Assembly (NCBI GenBank): GCA_963626585.1
Contig: CAVFYC010000003.1
Coordinates: forward strand, 2,432-66,431
From: Christensenellaceae bacterium Phil1
Lineage (GTDB): Bacteria > Bacteroidota > Bacteroidia > Bacteroidales > Bacteroidaceae
Length of the DNA: 64,000 bases
Direction of reading: 5' to 3'
Shown: positions 8,933-18,294 of the stretch, piece after piece
How the letters are laid out: each line of letters begins with the position of its first letter
Numbering within the stretch: position 1 is the stretch's first letter
Position numbers and translations under genes: made by a program
Notes under the pieces: generated by a model
Database searches by the model: none
Told to the model about the DNA's origin: nothing
What the model saw: the letters and a program-made list of their open reading frames with translations, nothing else

Positions 8933-9805
8933 ATGAGCGTATTGATAGATAAGAATTCAAAAGTACTGGTTCAAGGCGTAACCGGTCGCGACGGAAGTTT
9001 CCACGCATTGAAGATGAAAAGCTATGGCACCAATATCGTGGGTGGCACATCTCCCGGCAAAGGCGGACAAAACGTGGAAGGAATTCCCGTGTTCAACACC
9101 GTTGCCGAAGCAGTGGCAAAAACCGGCGCAAACACATCGGTGATTTTCGTTCCCGCGCCATTCGCAAAAGACGCAATGCTCGAAGCAGCCGACGCAGGGA
9201 TTAAACTTATTGTTTGTATAACCGAAGGCGTGCCCGTAATGGACGCCGTAGCCGCACAAAGATACATTAAACTTAAAGGCGCGCACCTTGTAGGCCCCAA
9301 CTGCCCCGGACTTATTTCTCCCGACAAGAGCATGGTGGGCATTCTGCCTGTAGACATATTCAAAAAAGGAGGTACGGGCGTAGTGAGCCGCAGCGGAACG
9401 TTGACCTACGAAATAGTTGACAGCCTAACAAAGAACGGCTTTGGCGAAAGCACGGCTATCGGCGTGGGCGGCGACCCTGTTGTGGGCGTATACTTTGAAG
9501 ATATGCTCCGAATGTTCCAAGACGATCCCGAAACCGACAGCATTGTGCTCGTTGGCGAGATAGGAGGAGACGCCGAGGAACGTGCTGCAAAATTCATCAA
9601 GGAATATGTTACCAAACCCGTAGTAGCTTTCATCTCGGGCAGACAAGCTCCCAAAGGAAAACAGATGGGGCACGCCGGAGCTATAATAACAACCGGCGCA
9701 GGAACGGCCGCAGAAAAAATAGCTGCATTCGAGGCCGTGGGAGTTCCGGTGGCTAAGGAAACAAGCGAGATACCTGTGCTGCTCAAAAAGCTAATGGGCA
9801 AATAA
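8933..9805 (+). CDS. sucD: Succinyl-CoA synthetase alpha subunit
   Basis: MSVLIDKNSKVLVQGVTGRDGSFH.., SRSGTLTYE, and the phosphohistidine loop GHAGAII. Confidence 0.95.
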   Translation: MSVLIDKNSKVLVQGVTGRDGSFHALKMKSYGTNIVGGTSPGKGGQNVEGIPVFNTVAEAVAKTGANTSVIFVPAPFAKDAMLEAADAGIKLIVCITEGVPVMDAVAAQRYIKLKGAHLVGPNCPGLISPDKSMVGILPVDIFKKGGTGVVSRSGTLTYEIVDSLTKNGFGESTAIGVGGDPVVGVYFEDMLRMFQDDPETDSIVLVGEIGGDAEERAAKFIKEYVTKPVVAFISGRQAPKGKQMGHAGAIITTGAGTAAEKIAAFEAVGVPVAKETSEIPVLLKKLMGK

Positions 9806-9837
9806 ATCCAGAGCCAATAAAAATGAAACGCAATACA

Positions 9838-9877
9838 AAAACGGACGGAGCGCATTTGGTTTCGCCCGTTTTTGTTT
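9838..9877 (+). terminator. Possible terminator after sucD
   Basis: AAAACGGACG pairs with CGCCCGTTTT (one mismatch) around a ~15-nt loop and runs into TTTTTGTTT. Confidence 0.4.
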
Positions 9878-9940
9878 ACGTGTTTCTTTGCTTTAATATT
9901 CTTTAAGTGTTTAACAATTATCTGTTTGCAAATAGCGGAG

Positions 9941-9948
9941 TATCTTTG
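9941..9948 (+). promoter_or_regulatory. -7 box TATCTTTG upstream of ruvC
   Basis: Exact TAnnTTTG match in the sucD-ruvC gap. Confidence 0.55.
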
Positions 9949-9971
9949 CAACAAGTTTGAGTGCAGGGAAA

Positions 9972-10709
9972 ATGCCAATAGGTAACGACAATACACAATC
10001 CAATGCTTGCGGTGCGAAATCGGCGCATTCCGAATGCTCGTTCCGCAATGAGTCGTTCAATGTGGCTAAGCGTTCAAAAGCCGAGCGCATAGTGATGGGA
10101 ATTGATCCCGGAACAAATTTGCTTGGATACGGCGTGCTCAAGATAAAAGGGCGCAGCGCACAGATGATAGCAATGGGAGTTATCGATTTGAGGCGTGTAA
10201 AGGATGTTTATTTGAAGTTGGGTAGAATCTACGAGCGTATAAATTCTCTGATAGAGAGTTTTCTTCCCGACGAGTTGAGCATCGAATCGCAGTTTTATGG
10301 GAAAAATCCGCAAAGCATGCTGAAATTGGGCAGAGCACAAGGCGTGGCGATAGCCGCTGCAATAAACAAGGACGTTCCGATTCACGAGTACGCGCCGCTG
10401 AAAATCAAGATGGCAATCACGGGAAACGGACGTGCGTCGAAAGAACAGGTAGCTGCGATGTTGCAAAGGTATTTGAATATCAGCAACGACACTTTGCTTC
10501 CGTTTTTTGATGCAACCGATGCTTTGGCCGCGGCATATTGTCATTTTGTAGAGTCGTATTGCAAAGTTTACGAGGGAAATGGCGCTGGCAAGACCACGGT
10601 TACGGTTTCTGGCAAGCTATCAGATACCCCCGGCTCGCGACATACCAAGAAATGGGCGGATTTTGTTAAAAACAATCCTGGACGAGTGGCTGTTCCCAAC
10701 AAACAATAG
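9972..10709 (+). CDS. ruvC: Crossover junction endodeoxyribonuclease RuvC
   Basis: ..RIVMGIDPGTNLLGYGVL.., ..ESQFYGKNPQSMLKLGRAQGV.., ..DATDALAAAYCHF. The start is uncertain: ATG 9972, GTG 10062 or ATG 10095. Confidence 0.85.
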   Translation: MPIGNDNTQSNACGAKSAHSECSFRNESFNVAKRSKAERIVMGIDPGTNLLGYGVLKIKGRSAQMIAMGVIDLRRVKDVYLKLGRIYERINSLIESFLPDELSIESQFYGKNPQSMLKLGRAQGVAIAAAINKDVPIHEYAPLKIKMAITGNGRASKEQVAAMLQRYLNISNDTLLPFFDATDALAAAYCHFVESYCKVYEGNGAGKTTVTVSGKLSDTPGSRHTKKWADFVKNNPGRVAVPNKQ

Positions 10710-10718
10710 CAGAAACGT

Positions 10719-12182
10719 ATGCAAAATATAATAGAGATAAACAAAGGCGTGGCAAGAATGGCGGAATTTCGGTTGAACGAACCGGTTTCTGTTGCAATTC
10801 CTGCCGAAGAACCTTTGGCCATAGTGGGACTGAATGCTAGCGGGAAGTCAAAACTTGTTGATATAATCATAGGTGCGCACCCGCTTTTCGGAGACGAAGT
10901 GAAATATGACTTTTCACCGTCGACGAGCAACAAGGCAAGCCAAAATATCAAGGTAGTAACTTTTCGCGATGCCTATGGAAGTGCAGGCGGAGACTTCTAT
11001 CAGTTGAGATGGAACCACGGCTTGCTCGAAGAAACTCAAAGCGTGGGCGAAATGCTTGGGCTCTCGGTAAAACAAGGTAGTATTCCCGAAGAAATCATAG
11101 ATACATTGGGGCTCGAAAGTTTGCTCCCCAAGCAAATCATAATGCTTTCAAGCGGAGAGTTGCGCAGAGTTCAACTTGCCGAAATGCTTCTAAGTTCGCC
11201 CAGAGTCCTGATAATTGACAATCCATACATAGGTCTTGATGTAAATGCCCGGAAACAAACCACCGAGGTGCTTGCTAAAATAGCCAAGGCTGGGCATACG
11301 AAACTTATCATAGTGGTATCGCGCGAAAAAGATGTGCCTGATTTCATACAGAAAGTACTTCCCGTAGTTGACGGTAAAGTATTGCCGATTTCTGATAAGG
11401 CATCTTATTTCAACAATAACAGACCTTGTAAAAACGATAACCGACTTTGTTTTGAAGAAAACCGATATAATTCCATAACCTCTTTGCCCGATCACGAAAA
11501 TGCCGCAAATGGAGAACCTGTGGTAGTATGCAACAGCATAAACATAGCCTATGGTAGCCGCAGAATATTCCAGGATTTTTCGTGGACTGTGAAATCCGGA
11601 GAACGTTGGGCTTTGAATGGGGAAAACGGTGCCGGGAAATCCACTCTGCTGAGCCTTGTGTGTGCCGACAATCCGCAGGCTTATGCTTGCGACATCAGTT
11701 TGTTCGGATTTAAACGCGGCAGCGGCGAGAGCATTTGGGACATCAAGAAAAACATAGGCTATGTGAGCCCGGAAATGTTTCGTTCCTATCGCCGCAATAT
11801 GAGTGTAATTAAAATTGCAGCAAGTGGATTGAGCGATACAAGCGGAGTTTATGACAAGGAAATCTCCAATGATGTGAAGCAGAAAGTATTGTTTTGGCTC
11901 GATATCTTTGGCATAAAAGATCTTGCCCAACGAAATTATCTGCAACTCTCAAGCGGCGAACAGCGAATGGTACTTCTTGCAAGAGCTTTCGTAAAAGATC
12001 CTTCTCTTTTGGTACTTGACGAACCTTTCCACGGACTTGACAGAGAACGTAGGGAATTGTCGCGGAATATAATCAATGCTTTTTGCAGCCGCAAAGGCAA
12101 AACGCTTATAATGGTTACGCACTACGAAGAAGAATATCCCTCGTGCATAGACCACAAATTGACTTTGAAGAAATTGAAATAA
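10719..12182 (+). CDS. ABC ATPase with two nucleotide-binding domains (ModF-like, no TM domain)
   Basis: Walker A motifs GLNASGKS and GENGAGKST; signatures LSSGELRR and LSSGEQRM; Walker B motifs LIIDNP and LVLDEP. Confidence 0.85.
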   Translation: MQNIIEINKGVARMAEFRLNEPVSVAIPAEEPLAIVGLNASGKSKLVDIIIGAHPLFGDEVKYDFSPSTSNKASQNIKVVTFRDAYGSAGGDFYQLRWNHGLLEETQSVGEMLGLSVKQGSIPEEIIDTLGLESLLPKQIIMLSSGELRRVQLAEMLLSSPRVLIIDNPYIGLDVNARKQTTEVLAKIAKAGHTKLIIVVSREKDVPDFIQKVLPVVDGKVLPISDKASYFNNNRPCKNDNRLCFEENRYNSITSLPDHENAANGEPVVVCNSINIAYGSRRIFQDFSWTVKSGERWALNGENGAGKSTLLSLVCADNPQAYACDISLFGFKRGSGESIWDIKKNIGYVSPEMFRSYRRNMSVIKIAASGLSDTSGVYDKEISNDVKQKVLFWLDIFGIKDLAQRNYLQLSSGEQRMVLLARAFVKDPSLLVLDEPFHGLDRERRELSRNIINAFCSRKGKTLIMVTHYEEEYPSCIDHKLTLKKLK

Positions 12183-12217
12183 CAAAAAGTACATAATAAA
12201 TAAATCACAACCTTCCT

Positions 12218-12700
12218 ATGAAGAAATTATTTTACACGACAGTTGTAATGCTTTTCATGTTTACCGTGAATACCAATGCTCAAGAGGTTTTCAACGCAGT
12301 GATGCAGAGCGCACAAAACGCGCTGAAAGACCCTGTGCAGAATTTCTCCAAGACCCAAATGGCGAAGTTCAAGATTGATGAGTTGAACTATCTGAAAAGC
12401 AAAGCAGGAAACATTGAAACAATAAAGAGAAACGACCTTCTCGACATACAGGCTTATTATATGTCGGAATTCCTGAGTCGTTATCTCACGGAGATAATAT
12501 ATTCAGAGGGACAACCCGATTCTGTAAAAAAGGCGATGGTTTATCTTTTTGTGAACGCCTCAGCTATTTGCCCGTTGTTCAATGACACAAACAAAGAGGT
12601 GATAAACAAATATCTCAATTCCGACAAACAACTCACCCCTTTCTGTCTTGATACCGATTGGGAGAAAGCCTATAAATTTATCAACAAAGCAATGGAATAA
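12218..12700 (+). CDS. Hypothetical secreted protein
   Basis: 160-aa ORF with a signal peptide (..FTVNTNAQ). I do not recognise a family. Confidence 0.55.
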   Translation: MKKLFYTTVVMLFMFTVNTNAQEVFNAVMQSAQNALKDPVQNFSKTQMAKFKIDELNYLKSKAGNIETIKRNDLLDIQAYYMSEFLSRYLTEIIYSEGQPDSVKKAMVYLFVNASAICPLFNDTNKEVINKYLNSDKQLTPFCLDTDWEKAYKFINKAME

Positions 12701-12724
12701 CATGTCCGTTGCAGTGCAAACAAT

Positions 12725-12757
12725 AAATCCCGGTGGTAAGCCGGGATTTGTTGTTTT
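12725..12757. terminator. Bidirectional hairpin between convergent genes
   Basis: AAATCCCGG (12725-12733) pairs with CCGGGATTT (12741-12749) around a 7-nt loop. It is followed by GTTGTTTT and has an A-rich left flank. Confidence 0.65.
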
Positions 12758-12769
12758 ATGAAACCTCTC

Positions 12770-13483
12770 TCATTTCAAACAATCTTTGTAGAGTTTTATT
12801 GTGTCGCGAATGCCAAGATAAAGTGCGTCGCAAATTAAAGCGTGTCCAATGCTCACTTCGTCGGTTTCGGGAATGCGTTCGTGAAAATACGTAAGGTTTT
12901 TCAAACTCAAGTCATGCCCTGCGTTTACTCCGAGACCAATTTCTTTTGCATGTACAGCCGCTGCAACGAATGGTGAGATGGCTTTTTCTCGGTTTTCTTC
13001 ATAGGCTTCGGCGTAAGGACCTGTGTAGAGTTCTATGCGGTTTGCCCCCGTTTTTTTCGCATAATCTATAGTTTCGAGAATTGGGTCAACAAAAAGCGAC
13101 GTGCGAATGCCGGCGGCGTTGAATTTTCCCACGGTGTCAACAAGAAAACCGAAATCTTCTTTCGTGTCCCAGCCATGGTTCGACGTTAGTTGCTCCGGTT
13201 TGTCGGGAACAAGCGTAACCTGCGTAGGCTTTACTTCAAGAACTAAATTTATAAACTCTTCGGAAGGATAACCTTCTATATTGAATTCCGTTTTTACGAT
13301 GTTTTTTAGAGCCCTTACGTCGGAATAGCGAATATGACGCTCGTCGGGGCGCGGATGTACGGTTATTCCTTCTGCGCCATACAACTCGCAATCAGCCGAC
13401 ATCTGTTCCACGTCGGGTTTGTTGCCTCCGCGTGCATTCCGCAAGGTAGCTATTTTGTTTACATTTACACTAAGTCTTGTCAT
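12770..13483 (-). CDS. pdxJ: Pyridoxine 5'-phosphate synthase
   Basis: [20 protein letters not shown].., HPRPDERHI. The ORF-track start at 13570 is rejected because a -7 box sits at 13534-13541; I use ATG 13483. Confidence 0.92.
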   Translation of the reverse strand: MTRLSVNVNKIATLRNARGGNKPDVEQMSADCELYGAEGITVHPRPDERHIRYSDVRALKNIVKTEFNIEGYPSEEFINLVLEVKPTQVTLVPDKPEQLTSNHGWDTKEDFGFLVDTVGKFNAAGIRTSLFVDPILETIDYAKKTGANRIELYTGPYAEAYEENREKAISPFVAAAVHAKEIGLGVNAGHDLSLKNLTYFHERIPETDEVSIGHALICDALYLGIRDTIKLYKDCLK

Positions 13484-13510
13484 TGTCTTATTGTGTATTG
13501 AAGAATTTTG

Positions 13511-13518
13511 TAAATTTG
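13511..13518 (+). promoter_or_regulatory. -7 box TAAATTTG upstream of nadK
   Basis: TAnnTTTG match in the divergent pdxJ/nadK gap. Confidence 0.5.
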
Positions 13519-13533
13519 CAAATATTACGCTTG

Positions 13534-13541
13534 CAAAGGTA
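13534..13541 (-). promoter_or_regulatory. -7 box TACCTTTG (minus strand) upstream of pdxJ
   Basis: The plus strand reads CAAAGGTA, 51 nt upstream of the pdxJ ATG at 13483. Confidence 0.5.
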
Positions 13542-13578
13542 GCAAAAACGAAAGCAAGAGATTGACGCAAGAAACATT

Positions 13579-14463
13579 ATGTATGTAAATCAGAAAATAG
13601 TTGCATTATTTGGCAATATCTACCAAACAAAAAAGAGCAAATACGCAAATGAAGTTGTGAATTTGCTGCGGGCAATGGGTTACGACATAATTGTGGAGCG
13701 TAGTTTTTACGAGTGCTCAAAGATATTTTTGCAGGGAATTGGCGAAGAAAAAACTTTTGACGGTAATGATTTCAACGCGTCGTTTGCTGTGAGTCTTGGA
13801 GGCGACGGAACTTTTTTGAGAACCGCCATGCTGGTTGGGGCAAAGGGTGTGCCTATTTTGGGAATCAATATCGGACATCTGGGATTTATGTCTGAAGTAA
13901 ATCCGGAGGACATTCGTCAGGCGATAGACGATATCGGCAACGGCAACTACAAGATAGAATCGCGCAGTGTGCTTGAAGTTGCGGTGGGAAGCCGTAACAT
14001 CGGCATTTATCCGTTTGCCCTTAATGAGATTGCCGTCCTAAAACAGGACATATCGTCGATGATTAAAATAAGGGTAGAGATAAACAAGGAATATCTCACT
14101 ACATATTCGGCTGACGGCTTGATCATTTCCACGCCAACGGGTTCCACGGGATATGCATTGTCTTCGGGCGGGCCTGTGGTCGTTCCCGAATCAAAATCAA
14201 TCGTTATTGCTCCGGTGGCGCCGCACAGTCTGAGTGTTAGACCCATTGTGATTTGCGACAATGTGGAGATAAATATGAAGGTGTATAGCCGCACGGGGCA
14301 TTATCTCGTATCTGTTGACGGCAGGAGCACGAGTTGTTGCGAGGAGGAGGACATTTCCATTCGTCGTGCGCCTTATGATATAAAGATCATACATTGCGGC
14401 AAAAAAAGTTTCTTCGATACGATGCGCGAGAAGCTTATGTGGGACGGCGATATGCAGAAGTAA
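13579..14463 (+). CDS. nadK: NAD kinase
   Basis: GGDGTFLR, NIGHLGFM and TPTGSTGYALSSGGP motifs. Confidence 0.93.
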   Translation: MYVNQKIVALFGNIYQTKKSKYANEVVNLLRAMGYDIIVERSFYECSKIFLQGIGEEKTFDGNDFNASFAVSLGGDGTFLRTAMLVGAKGVPILGINIGHLGFMSEVNPEDIRQAIDDIGNGNYKIESRSVLEVAVGSRNIGIYPFALNEIAVLKQDISSMIKIRVEINKEYLTTYSADGLIISTPTGSTGYALSSGGPVVVPESKSIVIAPVAPHSLSVRPIVICDNVEINMKVYSRTGHYLVSVDGRSTSCCEEEDISIRRAPYDIKIIHCGKKSFFDTMREKLMWDGDMQK

Positions 14464-14474
14464 AAGTTTTGCGC

Positions 14475-16130
14475 ATGAATTTCAGGGGAAAGGAATACAA
14501 TCTGTCAACTATTTTGCCTTGGATTGGCAAAGCGGTGAGGCATTACAAACTGAAGATATGCGCTACAATTATATTGGGCTGGATTGTTGTTGCACTGAAC
14601 TTTGTTTTTGTGTGGGCAACAAAGCAGGCTGTCGATGCGGCAACGGTAACCCACAACCGTTGGGCGCTTTATTTTTGCTGTGCAACGCTTGTAGCCACGA
14701 TAATAGTGCAGGCTGTGGTTTCGGCAATCAACAAACGAATAAAAACAATGCTCGGTTTCTGCATGAACAGGCGTATGCAGGAAAGGCTGTTGCATCATGC
14801 GGTTTCGGTTAACTGGAAAAGCATCAACGAATACCATACCGGCGACCTTGTGAGGCGTTTTGAGCAGGACGGATACGAGGTCGTTTCGTTTGTGAACGGA
14901 ACAATTCCAACTATAATGCTTGTGTTGCTGCAATTGGCAGGCGCTTTTCTTTTTCTCCTTGTTTTGAACAAGCAAATAGCCCTTGCCCTTGTTGTGATAA
15001 TGCTTGCTGGCGTGTTTATAAGCAAGTTTCATTTTTTGAAAATCCGTGGGTTTTCGGCCAAAATCAAGGAAGGCGGAAGCATGTTGCAGGCTGCTTTGCA
15101 GGAGGGGCTGCAAAATATTTCCGTGCTCAAGTCTTTGGCGGGCAAGAACGTATTTGCGAAATACTATTCCCATATCTTCGACATACAAGAAGGCAATGTG
15201 AGGCGACGCCTCCGGTATTCCGTGTTGTCGTCAACGGTTTTGAACCTCGGTTTTGCGGCTTGCTATCTTTTTGTCTTCATCTGGGGAGTGTTTAATCTCG
15301 ATTCGGGCGCAATTACCTACGGCACACTTATGGCATTCGTGCAGCTGGTGGGGCAGATACAAGGACCTTCGCGCACGCTCATCAATTCCATTTCAGATTT
15401 TGCCGAGTTTTATTCTTCGTGTGAGCGGTTGAATGAAATCGACTCCATACCTGCCGAAGACGATGCCGAATGTGTGAACGACGTAAAGGCAAGTTGTAGT
15501 GTGCTTTGTGAGAAAGTGTCGTATCGATATGCCGACGGCAAACGAATGGTATTGGACGGATTCAGCCATAGTTTTGAACCAGGAAAACTCAGCGCCATTG
15601 TCGGTGCAACGGGAGCGGGAAAAACCACGCTCATGCGCCTTTTGCTTGCCTACGTCAAGCCTTATGCGGGGAAACTGTATGTAGTGAGCGGAGATGAAAA
15701 GCGGGAGATAGGAGTTGGAACGCGCGGGTTGTTTGCCTATGTGCCTCAGGGGAATTCCTTGTTCAGCATGTCGTTGCGCGACAATATGCTTTTGGCAAAT
15801 CCCGAAGCGTCGGACGCTGAAATGCTTGAGGCCATGAAATGGGCGTGCGCCGATTTTGTGGAACACAATGCCGAGGGGCTCGACACACTCTGCGGCGAGG
15901 GAGGCAGAGGTCTGTCGCAGGGCCAGGCGCAACGCTTGTGCATAGCCCGGGCTTTGGTTTCGCGCGCCCCGATATTGCTGATGGACGAATCGACATCGGC
16001 TTTGGACCACGCCACAGAGGAGAAAATCATTCAGAACATACGCCAAAATGTGAAAGACAAGACTATTCTTTTCATCACCCACCGCGACACTGTGATAAAA
16101 TACGCCGATGAGGTGGTGAAAATAGGCTAA
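14475..16130 (+). CDS. ABC transporter, fused permease/ATP-binding (MsbA-like exporter)
   Basis: N-terminal 6-TM domain; Walker A GATGAGKTT, signature LSQGQAQR, Walker B LLMDES. ATG 14475 is preferred over the overlapping ORF-track start at 14394. Confidence 0.88.
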   Translation: MNFRGKEYNLSTILPWIGKAVRHYKLKICATIILGWIVVALNFVFVWATKQAVDAATVTHNRWALYFCCATLVATIIVQAVVSAINKRIKTMLGFCMNRRMQERLLHHAVSVNWKSINEYHTGDLVRRFEQDGYEVVSFVNGTIPTIMLVLLQLAGAFLFLLVLNKQIALALVVIMLAGVFISKFHFLKIRGFSAKIKEGGSMLQAALQEGLQNISVLKSLAGKNVFAKYYSHIFDIQEGNVRRRLRYSVLSSTVLNLGFAACYLFVFIWGVFNLDSGAITYGTLMAFVQLVGQIQGPSRTLINSISDFAEFYSSCERLNEIDSIPAEDDAECVNDVKASCSVLCEKVSYRYADGKRMVLDGFSHSFEPGKLSAIVGATGAGKTTLMRLLLAYVKPYAGKLYVVSGDEKREIGVGTRGLFAYVPQGNSLFSMSLRDNMLLANPEASDAEMLEAMKWACADFVEHNAEGLDTLCGEGGRGLSQGQAQRLCIARALVSRAPILLMDESTSALDHATEEKIIQNIRQNVKDKTILFITHRDTVIKYADEVVKIG

Positions 16131-16189
16131 AGGCTTTTCTTTCACTATATTATGGTTTTATAATTCCCATTGTTGTTTGCAGCATAATA

Positions 16190-16213
16190 GCCCGTCTAAA
16201 ACGGGCGTTTTTT
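16190..16213 (+). terminator. Intrinsic terminator after the ABC exporter
   Basis: GCCCGT-CTAAA-ACGGGC followed by GTTTTTT. Confidence 0.7.
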
Positions 16214-16215
16214 GT

Positions 16216-16309
16216 GGCTTTTACGAGGTCAGACATAATTTAAATTCCGCCGCATCTAATTTAAATTAGATGCGGCGGAGTTTTTACGAGATGCCTTGTA
16301 GTTTTTCCC
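16216..16309 (+). repeat. Mosaic palindromic intergenic repeat, copy C
   Basis: GGCTTTTACG|AGGTCAGACAT|AATTTAAATT|CCGCCGCATCT|AATTTAAATT|AGATGCGGCGG|AGTTTTTACG|AGATGCCTTGT. Words start at 16226, 16247, 16268 and 16289. Both palindrome arms carry a matched substitution. Confidence 0.92.
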
Positions 16310-16433
16310 CTCTCTGTTTGGGCTTTTCCCCGATGCTTGTGGCATGGTAACAGAATGGCTTTTTTGCCGCTGAAGATAGGGCCGTAAACAGATTTTATGA
16401 TTGCTCATCGCGGTTGTTGCCCGCAAAAAAACG

Positions 16434-16441
16434 TATCTTTG
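16434..16441 (+). promoter_or_regulatory. -7 box TATCTTTG upstream of the DUF4494 gene
   Basis: Exact TAnnTTTG match, 28 nt before ATG 16469. Confidence 0.6.
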
Positions 16442-16468
16442 CATACTAATAATTAGACTAAAAAACAT

Positions 16469-16954
16469 ATGTACAGCTGGTTTGAATGTAAGGTAAAATA
16501 TGAGAAAGAAATAGGTGAGGGTAAAGTGGCAAAACAGGCGGAAGTGTACCTGGTTGACGCATTAAACTTTACCGAGGCCGAAAAACGTATAATAAAAGAA
16601 ATGAAACCCTTCATCACGGGTGAATTCGAAGTGAGCGATATCAAAAGGTCGCGCTTTGCCGAAATGTTTGAAACTACAAGCGAGAGCGCAGACAAATGGT
16701 ATCAGTGCAAAATTGCGATTACAACTCTCGACGAAAAGAAGGGCGTGGAAAAACAAGTGGCGCAAACTATTTTGGTAAAGGCTTCAGATTTGCACGATGC
16801 CGTGAGGCGTTTGGACGAAGGCCTTAAAACTTCTATTTCCGACTATGGCATAACGTCTGTGGCAGAAACAAAGATTCTCGATGTATACCATTATGAAGAA
16901 TCTGCGCCCGAAGGATTCGTTAAAGTAGAAAACAAGGATGTCGCAAATCAGTGA
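16469..16954 (+). CDS. DUF4494 domain protein
   Basis: The N-terminus MYSWFECKVKYEKE..VYLVDALNFTEAE.RIIKEM.PFITGEF.V.DIKR matches my recollection of Bacteroidetes DUF4494 proteins. Confidence 0.7.
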   Translation: MYSWFECKVKYEKEIGEGKVAKQAEVYLVDALNFTEAEKRIIKEMKPFITGEFEVSDIKRSRFAEMFETTSESADKWYQCKIAITTLDEKKGVEKQVAQTILVKASDLHDAVRRLDEGLKTSISDYGITSVAETKILDVYHYEESAPEGFVKVENKDVANQ

Positions 16955-17621
16955 TGCTATTGCCGAAATAAGGGCTGAACTTCCCCAGGGCGTAAACCTT
17001 GTGGCTGTTTCGAAGTTCCACCCCGCCGAAGCCGTGAAAGAGGCTTACGGAGTGGGGCAGAGACTTTTCGGCGAGAACCGTCCGCAAGAAATGACCGCAA
17101 AGCAAGCCGTTTTGCCGGGAGACATAGAGTGGCATATGATAGGGCATTTGCAAACCAACAAGGTGAAAATGATTGCCCCCTATGTTGCGATGATTGAATC
17201 GGTGGATACCGAAAAATTGCTGCGCGAAGTGAACAAACAGGCACAGCTTGTAGGCAGAGTAATCCCCGTGTTGCTCGAAATACATGTGGCTGCCGAAGAA
17301 ACAAAGTCGGGTTTCACTCCCGAGGAATGCCGCGCTCTTATCGGCAGTGGCGTTCTTGAAGAACTTCAAAACGTAAGTATTCACGGATTGATGTGTATGG
17401 CTTCGCATACAGACGATGTGGCGCGCATACATTCGGATTTCGGCAAGGTAAACTCGCTTTTCGAAGAATTGAAACAGCAGTATTTCTGTAACGACAGCAA
17501 TTTCGCCTGCCGTTCGTGGGGCATGAGCGAAGATTATAAGATTGCCATTGAAGAAGGTGCCAATATAATAAGAATAGGCACGCGTATCTTTGGCGAAAGA
17601 GACTATGGTAAAGTTTTTTGA
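16938..17621 (+). CDS. yggS: YggS-family pyridoxal-phosphate homeostasis protein
   Basis: ..LVAVSKFHP.. (PLP lysine), WHMIGHLQTNKVK, GMS.DY..AI..G...IRIGT.IFG. Confidence 0.9.
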   Translation: MSQISDAIAEIRAELPQGVNLVAVSKFHPAEAVKEAYGVGQRLFGENRPQEMTAKQAVLPGDIEWHMIGHLQTNKVKMIAPYVAMIESVDTEKLLREVNKQAQLVGRVIPVLLEIHVAAEETKSGFTPEECRALIGSGVLEELQNVSIHGLMCMASHTDDVARIHSDFGKVNSLFEELKQQYFCNDSNFACRSWGMSEDYKIAIEEGANIIRIGTRIFGERDYGKVF

Positions 17622-17622
17622 T

Positions 17623-18279
17623 ATGTGCGAAATCATTAGAAAATATTTCCCGGATATTGACGAAGCCACATTAGCGAAATTTGAAAAGCTCGGCGATGTT
17701 TACCGTGAGTGGAACGCAAAAATAAATGTGATTTCACGAAAAGATATAGACAACCTGTACGAACATCATATACTCCACTCGCTTGCAATAGCCAAGACAT
17801 TCAGTTTTCCCGACAATGCAAAGGTGTTGGACGTGGGAACTGGCGGCGGTTTCCCGGGAATTCCTCTCGCCATAATGTTCCCGAATGTGGAATTTACCCT
17901 AATCGACAGCATCGGCAAGAAACTTACAGTGGCCGACGCCGCAGCAAAAACTGCCGGACTGGCTAACGTGAAACTTGTTCACGAGAATGCTATGGACGAA
18001 AGGGGACTGTATAATTACGTTGTGAGCAGGGCGGTGATGAATGCCGCGAGCTTGCTGAAAATGACTCTGAAAAATCTTACCCGCCCTATGATTGGCGATA
18101 CGCCAAACGGCTTGATAGTTTTGAAAGGCGGGGATTTGAGCGAAGAACTAATGGATTTGGAGCGCATGAAATCGTTGAACAAAAGATTGAGAAAAGGTTT
18201 TATTCGCACTCTGAAAATTAACGATTTGTTCAAAGAAGACTACTACGACGAAAAGTACGTGGTGCAAATGTTTTTCTAA
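17623..18279 (+). CDS. rsmG: 16S rRNA (guanine527-N7)-methyltransferase
   Basis: VLDVGTGGGFPGIPLAIMFP SAM motif. ATG 17623 lies directly after the yggS stop; the ORF track has an alternative start at 17590. Confidence 0.9.
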   Translation: MCEIIRKYFPDIDEATLAKFEKLGDVYREWNAKINVISRKDIDNLYEHHILHSLAIAKTFSFPDNAKVLDVGTGGGFPGIPLAIMFPNVEFTLIDSIGKKLTVADAAAKTAGLANVKLVHENAMDERGLYNYVVSRAVMNAASLLKMTLKNLTRPMIGDTPNGLIVLKGGDLSEELMDLERMKSLNKRLRKGFIRTLKINDLFKEDYYDEKYVVQMFF

Positions 18280-18294
18280 CCAAAGAATATTGCG

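Noticed and set aside
16340-16356. TGGCAT..-type sequences were checked as possible sigma-54 (-24 GG / -12 GC) promoters, given the sigma-54 activator in the window. TGGCAC occurrences near 41411 and 44543 were also checked.
   Set aside because: None has a TTGC or TGC element at the correct 5-nt spacing. Two of them lie inside coding sequence on the wrong strand.
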